A DNA stretch of 64,000 nt from Yuukianura sp. NJ FZ-2021 (lineage: Eukaryota). Made by a program: the position numbers and the translations under genes. Below, piece after piece: positions 30,892-40,600 of this stretch (position 1 is its first letter; each line of letters starts with the position of its first letter). The notes under the pieces are model-generated. The model did not search any database, was not told where the DNA came from, and was given only the letters and a program-made list of their open reading frames with translations. The stretch spans positions 310,001 through 374,000 of the forward strand of contig JAJCTO010000010.1 in assembly GCA_046563655.1 (NCBI GenBank), written 5' to 3'.

Positions 30892-32238
30892 ATGCCAAAA
30901 GTTAAATCTTCCAGAGTTTCTCCATCATCTTCTTCTTCTTCTTTACCTTACACATTTGTTAGATCAGAAACACAACTCTTTGAAGAACCAATCTTTGATG
31001 TTAGTCTGGCATCAACTTCAGCTACGGAATTTCATTCAATCAACTCACTTTCAGACAATCAAGCTCCTCTAGAATTTTTTGTACAAGGAAACCAAACTGA
31101 ACTAATCGACTTGTCGGAAACAAAACTTTATTTAAAAGTCAAAATTGTGAAGCAGAATGGTACAGATTTGGACGACACCTCAATTGTTGCACCAGTCAAC
31201 AATTTCCTTCACTCTTTATTTCTACAGTGTTCAATATATCTCAACGAAGTTTTAATTACTCCTGCAAGTTTGCAATATGCCTACAGGGCATACTTGGAAA
31301 CTTTACTTGGATATGGAAAAGAATACAAACGCTCCCAAAGTCAATGCTCACTTTTCTACAAGGACAAGGATCCTAAATGTACAGATGAAACAAAAGAGGA
31401 TGGATTTAAACAAAGATACGCATTTGCTGTAAAAAGCAAAACAATTGAAATGGTCGGGCGTCCATTCACCGACCTTTGTGTTCAAAACAAATTTCTTGTT
31501 CCTTCAATTGACTTGCGGATTTCATTTCTAAGATCCACTCCAGAATTTTGTCTTGTTGCCAAAACAACTGGCAACTATCAAGTTCAAATACAAGATGCAC
31601 GTCTAATTGTACAACGACATCAACTCCTTCCATCCTTACTAACTTCAATTCTCCAAACTTGGGAGCATGGGAAACCAGCAACTTATCCCATGAAACGAGT
31701 TGAAATTAAAACATATACCCTATCTCCTGGTACAGTCACCAACGTCAACGAAAATCTCATTTCTGGTGTCATATGTGATCGACTACTTATTGGACTTTTA
31801 CCGTCAGAAAACTACATTGGATCTATAACTACAAATCCATTTGCATTTGAGCACTTTGACTTGAGCTATATAAATGTCAGCATTAATGGTGACTCTGGAA
31901 CTGCACTTGGGACACATGTTGACTTCAGCCAAGATCAATATGTTCAACTCTACCATAATCTGTTTAGTAGTCTCGGAATTGCCAACGACGACGTTGGATT
32001 AGATTTGAACCGGGAGGAATTCAAATCTCACCCACTAATGCTATATAATCTCAGACATTCAAAAGAAGGGTTTCCTACTCCGAAGTACGGCAACGTCAAA
32101 ATTGATCTCAAATTTAAAACGGCACTCAAAAGCTCTGTCACCGTCCTCGTCTATGCCGAGTTTCAATCCGTCTTACACATTGATTCTACAAAATCAGTAT
32201 ACTTTAGAGACTACAGTCTAGCCAGCCTTCAACAATGA
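30892..32238 (+). CDS. Major capsid protein (double jelly-roll), ~448 aa
   Basis: SETQLF, PLEFFV, IDLSETKLYLKVKI, PVNNFLHSLF, YAYRAYLETLL, NPFAFEHF and VLVYAEF. The start was moved to the ATG at 30892, after the upstream stop. Confidence 0.93.
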   Translation: MPKVKSSRVSPSSSSSSLPYTFVRSETQLFEEPIFDVSLASTSATEFHSINSLSDNQAPLEFFVQGNQTELIDLSETKLYLKVKIVKQNGTDLDDTSIVAPVNNFLHSLFLQCSIYLNEVLITPASLQYAYRAYLETLLGYGKEYKRSQSQCSLFYKDKDPKCTDETKEDGFKQRYAFAVKSKTIEMVGRPFTDLCVQNKFLVPSIDLRISFLRSTPEFCLVAKTTGNYQVQIQDARLIVQRHQLLPSLLTSILQTWEHGKPATYPMKRVEIKTYTLSPGTVTNVNENLISGVICDRLLIGLLPSENYIGSITTNPFAFEHFDLSYINVSINGDSGTALGTHVDFSQDQYVQLYHNLFSSLGIANDDVGLDLNREEFKSHPLMLYNLRHSKEGFPTPKYGNVKIDLKFKTALKSSVTVLVYAEFQSVLHIDSTKSVYFRDYSLASLQQ

Positions 32239-32759
32239 ATACACAACAAATTTATTCTTATCTTGCCAAAATTGTCGGCAAATATCCTTCAACTTTTGAT
32301 GTAATTCCAATAGATCATTTGAATAACATGGAAATTTTTACCTATCCACTTCTCCTGGTCGTCAACAGTGCTCCTTCTCATCATCCAGGACAACATTGGC
32401 TTGCCCTATTTAGGGAAAACTCCAAATCTCCACTAACATTTATAGATTCTTATGGACTTGGTGTAGAAATGTATCATGTAGCTCTGCAAAACTTTGCGAA
32501 ACGTTTAAACACTTCAATAATTGAAAATACGAGACAACTTCAAAGTATAAATTCTACAGTTTGCGGTGAGTATGCCATTTACTTTTTGTATAAACTGTTG
32601 CATTCCTGCTGTTTAATGTCAATCTACTGCAACTTTACCATCAATACTATAAGAAATGATAGACGCGTAAAACGTTTTGTCAGAAAAATGCTTCCGCAAA
32701 TAATAAAAACTATTCCCTACTATGATAATATTCAATGTTGTACTCCATTTACGAAATAA
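32235..32759 (+). CDS. Adenain-like maturation cysteine protease
   Basis: VNS..HPGQHWLA, FIDSYG and QLQSINSTVCGEYAIYFL, giving a His-Asp-Cys triad with the oxyanion Gln. Confidence 0.93.
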   Translation: MNTQQIYSYLAKIVGKYPSTFDVIPIDHLNNMEIFTYPLLLVVNSAPSHHPGQHWLALFRENSKSPLTFIDSYGLGVEMYHVALQNFAKRLNTSIIENTRQLQSINSTVCGEYAIYFLYKLLHSCCLMSIYCNFTINTIRNDRRVKRFVRKMLPQIIKTIPYYDNIQCCTPFTK

Positions 32760-32855
32760 AAAAAAAACATCAAATAAACTCTCTTTTTTATGCTGCACAA
32801 TACTCACAATGGAGCTTTTATTTTTCTTTCAAATTATTTCTTAAAATAATTTCTT

Positions 32856-33242
32856 CTAATCGTGAGGCATATCTTCAATTTCCTCCTTGGCAGATGCAAC
32901 ATCTCTCAAGCAGCTTTGAAGCGTATCCGCGGCTTTGTCCAAGTCACACCCGACGGCACGGCAATAAATGTTCGTAAGTTTCCGCATGACATATGGGATG
33001 TTCCGGCCCTCAAAGTTGACCACCTTTCCCTTGCGTTTAAAGTACACCCAAGTGTATGGTCGTCCTTGAAAAATCGAGTCCCGATGGAAAACCTCCAACT
33101 TTTTGTCATCCTCCACATAATTCAACACCTCGCGCTCAACTCCGTCATCTACGACCGCTTGATCTCCTTAAACACATACACAAAAAAATAATTTTCCCCT
33201 TCTTTTCTAGTGTAACAAAAAAAAATTACCTCTTTTGTCCAT
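32856..33242 (-). CDS. Small spliced hypothetical protein (intron 33167-33229)
   Basis: G|GTAATT..TTTAAG|GA joins MDKR to GDQAVVDDGVEREVLNYVEDD.. in frame. The start could instead be the upstream ATG near 33317. Confidence 0.55.
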
Positions 33243-33431
33243 TGCTACAAGTAAGAGCTTCCTTCTCCAAATGCTTCTCAGAAACTGAATGATCTGACAT
33301 GCAACTAATGCCATCATTTTATACCACCACAAAACGTACAGAGAACGACATTTTTATTCAACCAAATAGAACGACAAAAAAAAAACGCAAACATTTTAGT
33401 CATAGTCATTAGTAATACAAATTACTTAAGA

Positions 33432-35357
33432 CTACCAACTTGCATATTCATCAGCAATCTTTTCCAACTCCCTCACAAGCAAGTCCTTTGCTTCCGTATC
33501 CTGACTAAACCGAAATGTAAAACTCGTTCCTGCCAAAATCTGCCCTCCGCGGGTAACTGTTGAAATCCTTCTTCTTGGTTCCATCGCCACAAGCACTCCT
33601 AAAGCATCAGCTGCCGCCAAAATTTTGTCCCAGCATTCTTTGTCCTTCTCGTAGCTAAACCTTGTTTGTTGACAGACACCAGACAATGAAATCTCTTGAA
33701 GGGTTGGAATTCTTGGAACAATTTCCAAGAACACCACATGGTCAACCCCGCAAGAGTAATCAATATGACCGCCAAGACGGTCCAAATGCAGTTTTGTCAA
33801 ATTTGGTAGACATGTAATTGACCTTACAAGTTCGCCACGTAACACGTTTGCGCCAACCAGCGTAAGCTTCTGGATGGACTTGGGATAATTTTGCTGACAA
33901 ACAGTTTTGTGAAAGCCTTGAAAACGTCCATGTCCAAAGAAAAATGGGCTGTGGCTGTGAGGAATAAACTCCAGCCGCAATTCCTTCAAATTTTTCAGCT
34001 CATCCAATCCCTCAATCTGATACGGAGACCTCGCGTCCATCACCACGTTGCTCACATCCAAAATTCGCAGACTTTCCTTGCTGTTCTTGATTATCGAGGC
34101 CATCCGTTTCATTGAAACTCCGTCAAGCTCCACCTTCAAGCATTCAAAAGCATTTGGCAGGTCCACCAACTTCCACCAAATGCTAAAAAACGAAGACGGG
34201 AATGCGTAGTGCGGAAGACATCTTATCTCCAAATCCCGCAACTTTGGTAACAGCACGTTCGCCACAGGGCCGAACTCTCCAAAGTCAAAATTTGCCCTCA
34301 TGCATGTAAGGCTTAAAACTTCCAACTTCCCTTGATGTCTTCTGATGAATTCGAAGAAATTATGAACTGTTTCCGGCTTGAATTTGTGACAAAGATGGAA
34401 CTCGGATAGCTGCTCCAGGACAAACTCCGGTTTTGAGCACAAAATTTCAAACAACCCTGGTAACGCGTGTCTTCCAACATTACTTGCGGAAAGGCAAGTG
34501 TCAATCTTGAGTCTAGTCAAGTACTGAAAATGATCCACCATTTGTGACGGGGTAAATTGCGCACAATTAATTTTTTTTATGCCACCAACGTGAAAAAAGT
34601 TCATCTTCGGAACAAAGTAGTAGGTGCGAATTGCGTTCCGTAGACCGCTCATAGAACAAGTTCCAGTGAATGTTACCTCTTGGACCAAGTTTCGAAACTT
34701 GAGTACAGGCAGCACTCCTTCGCGGAAGTTTTTCAAGACCAGATGATTAACTTTGGCCTCTTTCATATGCGGGGGAACCCAGTTGTTGTAGCACACAACC
34801 TTCCATAATGCTAACCTACACAAAAAACAATCCAGATGAAAAAACTTAAAAAATCACCGCAAGTCCACTTTGTGTGTATTTGGCGAACCTGTCAACCCGT
34901 ATTCTCCACTCCCTGGACACAAGTCGCATTGCATTCAAGTCATTATTTTTCAAGTATGACAGCACCAAGGCCATCATCTAAAAAATAAAAATTCATTTGT
35001 TTCACTTCATCCCTTTGACATCTGAACATATAGATTTGTATACACATATACAAATCATATATATATATATATACATATATAAAAATCATATATATATATA
35101 AATCATATTTAGACTGCATATGAAATTGAACCTGATGGGGCAATGTGAGACTTTTTTTTTTGTTTTTTTTTTGTTACTTATGTGTTAACAACATCGTACG
35201 ATTCAAAATAACTTGCGACAACGTAGTCCAGTAGCTAGATCAAATTCTCCGTTCTCAAAAGGGCCAAGTCTCACATTTCCCCAGATAGGAAAGTATTTTA
35301 ACACCCTGGCCAATTGCTCACCTCAGCTGGAAGGCTTTCAAGCGTTGGGTCTTGCAT
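33432..35357 (-). CDS. F-box/LRR protein, 3 exons (35357-35322, 34977-34889, 34815-33432), ~502 aa
   Basis: The spliced N-terminus MQDPTLESLPAE|MMALVLSYLKNNDLNAMRLVSREWR is a canonical F-box. Downstream LxxLxL repeats (LPKLRDLEI, SLRILDVS, NLKELRLE, NLTKLHLD). TATA at ~35445. Confidence 0.85.
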
Positions 35358-35832
35358 TGCCCCAAACCAGTTTAAATTTGATTTTTGCTTTGTTTTTTCT
35401 GGTAAATGTTCCGCAATGTTGCAAATGGCAAAGTAGACATCTAATTATATACCCCCAGCCCAAAGAGAAACGTAAAATCTACGCCGCGGAATGCCCCACA
35501 GGGATGACATCACCGAATGAACGTCCAAGGTCAGACAACATGAGATGTTGAAATGGGTACAAAGATCATTTTGTGGTAATAATTGTATCCTACAATCTAC
35601 TGCACGAACGAAAGTCCAAGGTCATACGTCACATCCTACATTCCTGTTGTAATTTCTTTTTAACATGTGTAACTGCTTTATATCGCAATCAAAAATTAAT
35701 TTCTCAATTTCACAATTGTTCTCAATCGCAAAAAAAAATTTTTTTTCACAAATTTTCACCATTCAAAAAAATTTTTTTTATTCAGTTGCCAAAAAACATA
35801 CTTTTTTTTTGAAAACGAATACAAATTTTTTT

Positions 35833-37407
35833 TTAAAAGCGTTTCATCCTTGGTCGCAAGGTGCGCTGCGTGGCAACCACATTTGGCGAAATCCCAACAC
35901 ATTTGCGCGGTCGGCCTCTTCGGCGCCTGAGAGGATTCGGTCCTGCAACATTTGCTCCCTCCGCTTCGGCCTTGGTCACTCCCTCTCGATCCGCTTCGGC
36001 CTTGGCCACACTCGCCCCGGCTACTGTCCCAGACGATCCGGGCATGGGTGCCCTCTCCCCGACTCCTGCCGCTCCTTTCGCATCGGCCTTAGGCACTCCC
36101 GCACCAGCCGCTCCGTCGTCAGGCATTGCCACTTCCGCCGCTCTGTCGTATGCTGATGACTCCCTTTTGATAGCAACCGCTGCCAACTCACATCTTAAAC
36201 GGTTTAGTTCATCCCCGGCTTCCTGCTTGCAGCGTTCAGCCGAAGAAGCCCTCGTTTCCGCAAAAAATGCAGTGTCTCGTAGCCTACCAACTTGTTCCTG
36301 TAAATCAAAAATGCGCTGTCCGTAAGATGAGCATGATTCGTCCATCTGACGCTGCATATTCTCAATCCTCGCAGCAGATGCATACTGCTCGTGAACCAGG
36401 CGCATCCTTTCGGCATGAACCATCGCTTCAGACGCAATTAGTTTTTCATTTAACTCTTGATTTCGTTTTTCCGACGTTGACAGGCGTTCGTTCATGCCAT
36501 TCATCAAAGAAACATTTTTCGCCAAAGTTGTTTCCCTGCAAAACAAAACCCCAATTATCAAACAAGTAGAAATCGAATTAACAAAATATTAATGAGAGTG
36601 TGTTACACTCACCACGTTTGCGTCTTTGAGTTCAACTCCGTTTCTTTTTTATTCAGCTCCAACTGGAGCTGAACTATGACCCTAGTCTTGTGAGCCGAAC
36701 CACATTCGACCTCAGTAGCTCTACGGGCTCTGAAAACAAAGAAAAACAAAGATTAATTTTTTTTCTTCACAACAATAAAAAATCAAATTATTTTTTAAAA
36801 ATTTTGAAAAAAAAAATTCACTTACAACACACTTTGCATTGGCAACGAGGCCACCCTCCCCTGAATGTCATCTAGAACAGTTCGAATTTCGCTCATCAAA
36901 GCACTAAAATGAAAAAAAAAACTTTTGAACTTTTATTTTATGATATTTTTGCGAAAACAAAAAAAAACGGTTACCTGTTGTCGGCGTTTTCATTTGCCAC
37001 CTGCGCCCCATCATGGGCGGAGAAGAAGATTCTCCGCCCATCGACTTGCTCTCCCATGGTTTTCACTCCACAATAACACACCGGACATGGTGTCCTACGA
37101 AAACAAAAAAAAAGAAAAAAAACCGATTCTACACACAACTAGAAAAAACTTGAAAAAAAATCTTACACCACTTCTTCCTTGTGGCCAAGGCATCCAGGAT
37201 TTTTTGATGCCGCCCAGTTAATCATACAAACCCTAAAAAATTACAGAAAACAACAATTAATCAATTTCAAAAACAAAACTAGGTCAAATTATTATTTTTT
37301 TCTTACCAATGCAACGCATGATTGCATTCGGTGAGCACGACGATCGCCTTCGGGTCCGAAGGGGGATGGTCCCCAAGCAACTCACGACAAATGGAACAAA
37401 TTATCAT
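35833..37407 (-). CDS. RING-H2 plus coiled-coil plus AT-hook protein, 6 exons, ~394 aa
   Basis: Exons 37407-37307, 37232-37167, 37094-36975, 36903-36826, 36729-36613 and 36535-35833 splice in frame. The product has CSIC..CNHALHWVCMINW..CPVC, a heptad-rich middle and RRRRGRPRK. TATAAA at ~37490. Confidence 0.85.
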
Positions 37408-37589
37408 TAATAATAACTTTTTTTACCACTTAAATGAAACTTCAAGTGCGTTGACTCAACTGTACAAATCTAATTTTCAACACATCCTTATTTATATCAA
37501 ACAAATCTAGAATTTGCTTAGTTGCGCAATTTGCATCTTCAACATCATACAAGAACGTCAAGGACATTTTGAAAACTTTGAAAAGATAC

Positions 37590-37687
37590 TTTGGACCTTC
37601 ACCTTGCATTCTTGTTTGAGTTATTTCGATGACTCAACTTTCGAAACTAGAACGTTTTACGTTCTTGCACACACCAACCATGCTACT
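37590..37687 (-). repeat. Right terminus, a diverged inverted counterpart of the left end
   Basis: Its reverse complement reads AGTAGCATG..AAGAACGTAAAACGTTC..TGAGTCA..TAACTCA..AAGAATGCAAGGT, with the first blocks at the same offsets as on the left end. Confidence 0.85.
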
Positions 37688-40600
37688 GAAACTTCACCAA
37701 CGTGAATTCGAAGTCGTGAGTTGGAATATTTACATTCAAATTTATTTCTCAAAACTGTGTAAATGTAGCGTTTTTGGATCGCTATAAAAACAGCATCCTC
37801 CAGAACTAGGTAATTTATTTCCATGCCGAAGAACCACAATACATCCAAATATTTTGTTTCCGTTTACGTCTCGGCAGCGTGATGCGATCAGCGGAAACTT
37901 CACCAACGTGGATTCCAAGTCGTGAGTTCGAATACTTACCGTCAAATTTATTTCTCAAAACTGTGTACATGTAGCGTCTTTGTGTCGCTATAAAAAGAGT
38001 ATCTTCTAGAACCAGGTAAATTTTTTCCATCCCGCTGGAAAGTATTACAGCAAACTTTGTTTCCCTCTAAGTCTCGGCAGCGTGTTGCGATCATCGGAAA
38101 CTTGACCAACGTGGATTCGAAGTCGTGAGTTGGAATATTTACATTCAAATTTATTTCTCAAAACTGTGTAAATGTAGCGTTTTTGGATCGCTATAAAAAC
38201 AGCATCCTCCAGAACTAGGTAATTTATTTCCATGCCGAAGAACCACAATACATCCAAATATTTTGTTTCCGTTTACGTCTCGGCAGCGTGATGCGGTCAG
38301 CGGGAACTCGACGAACGTGGATTCCAAGTCGTGAGTTCGAAAATTTGCCTTCAAATTTATTTCTCAAAACTGTGTAAATGTAGCGTCTTTGGGTCGCTAT
38401 AAAAAGAGTATCTTCTAGAACCAGGTAAATTTTTTCCATCCCGCTGGAAAGTATTACAGCAAACTTTGTTTCCCTCTAAGTCTCGGCAGCATCTTGCGAT
38501 CATCGGAAACTTGACCAACGTGGATTCGAAGTCGTGAGTTGGAATATTTACATTCAAATTTATTTCTCAAAACTGTGTAAATGTAGCGTTTTTGGATCGC
38601 TATAAAAAGAGTATCTTCTAGGACCAGGTAAATTCCTTCCATCCCGCTGAAAAGTATTACAGCAAACTTTGTTTCCCTCTAAGTCTCGGCAGCGTGTTGC
38701 GATCATCGGAAACTTGACCAACGTGGACTCGACGTCGCGAGTTCGAATATTTACCTTCAAATTAATTTCTCAAAACTGTGTAAATGTAGCGTTTTTGGGT
38801 CGCTATAAAAACAGCATCCTCCAGAACTAGGTAATTTATTTCCATGCCGAAGAACCACAATACATCCAAATATTTTGTTTCCGTTTACGTCTCGGCAGCG
38901 TGATGCGATCAGCGGAAACTTCACCAACGTGGATTCCAAGTCGTGAGTTCGAATATTTACCGTCAAATTTATTTCTCAAAACTGTGTAAATGTAGCGTCT
39001 TTGGGTCGCTATAAAAAGAGTATCTTCTAGAACCAGGTAAATTTTTTCCATCCCGCTGGAAAGTATTACAGCAAACTTTGTTTCCCTCTAAGTCTCGGCA
39101 GCGTGTTGCGATCATCGGAAACTTGACCAACGTGGATTCGAAGTCGTGAGTTGGAATATTTACATTCAAATTTATTTCTCAAAACTGTGTAAATGTAGCG
39201 TTTTTGGATCGCTATAAAAACAGCATCCTCCAGAACTAGGTAATTTATTTCCATGCCGAAGAACCACAATACATCCAAATATTTTGTTTCCGTTTACGTC
39301 TCGGCAGCGTGATGCGATCAGCGGGAACTTGACGAACGTGGATTCCAAGTCGTGAGTTCGAAAATTTGCCTTCAAATTTATTTCTCAAAACTGTGTAAAT
39401 GTAGCGTCTTTGTGTCGCTATAAAAAGAGTATCTTCTAGAACCAGGTAAATTTTTTCCATCCCGCTGGAAAGTATTACAGCAAACTTTGTTTCCCTCTAA
39501 GTCTCGGCAGCGTGTTGCGATCATCGGAAACTTGACCAACGTGGATTCGACGTCGTGAGTTCGAATATTTACCTTCAAATTAATTTCTCAAAACTGTGTA
39601 AATGTAGCGTTTTTGGGTCGCTATAAAAACAGCATCCTCCAGAACTGGGTAATTTATTTCCATGCCGAAGAACCACAATACATCCAAATATTTTGTTTCC
39701 GTTTACGTCTCGGCAGCGTGATGCGATCAGCGGGAACTTGACGAACGTGGATTCCAAGTCGTGAGTTCGAATACTTACCGTCAAATTTATTTCTCAAAAC
39801 TGTGTAAATGTAGCGTCTTTGTGTCGCTATAAAAAGAGTATCTTCTAGAACCAGGTAAATTTTTTCCATCCCGCTGGAAAGTATTACAGCAAACTTTGTT
39901 TCCCTCTAAGTCTCGGCAGCGTGTTGCGATCATCGGAAACTTGACCAACGTGGATTCGACGTCGTGAGTTCGAATATTTACCTTCAAATTAATTTCTCAA
40001 AACTGTGTAAATGTAGCGTTTTTGGGTCGCTATAAAAACAGCATCCTCCAGAACTGGGTAATTTATTTCCATGCCGAAGAACCACAATACATCCAAATAT
40101 TTTGTTTCCGTTTACGTCTCGGCAGCGTGATGCGATCAGCGGGAACTTGACGAACGTGGATTCCAAGTCGTGAGTTCGAATACTTACCGTCAAATTTATT
40201 TCTCAAAACTGTGTAAATGTAGCGTCTTTGTGTCGCTATAAAAAGAGTATCTTCTAGAACCAGGTAAATTTTTTCCATCCCGCTGGAAAGTATTACAGCA
40301 AACTTTGTTTCCCTCTAAGTCTCGGCAGCGTGTTGCGATCATCGGAAACTTGACCAACGTGGATTCGACGTCGTGAGTTCGAATATTTACCTTCAAATTA
40401 ATTTCTCAAAACTGTGTAAATGTAGCGTTTTTGGGTCGCTATAAAAACAGCATCCTCCAGAACTGGGTAATTTATTTCCATGCCGAAGAACCACAATACA
40501 TCCAAATATTTTGTTTCCGTTTACGTCTCGGCAGCGTGATGCGATCAGCGGAAACTTCACCAACGTGGATTCCAAGTCGTGAGTTCGAATACTTACCGTC

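Larger units (their letters stand above)
19659..37687 (+). mobile_element. Polinton/Maverick (adintovirus-like endogenous dsDNA virus), ~18.0 kb
   Basis: Starts AGTAGT and ends GCTACT. Contains pPolB, A32-like ATPase, DDE integrase, mCP, MCP and cysteine protease. Satellite or SINE DNA resumes exactly at both ends. Confidence 0.95.

Noticed and set aside
35132..35153. Alternative F-box first exon (SLTLPHQ)
   Set aside because: Weak donor and no clear start. The exon at 35357-35322 gives a better F-box and a GTGAG donor.
37920..37940. GTTCGAATAC as a Pol III B box in the satellite
   Set aside because: It matches in only some monomer variants and no A box was evident.
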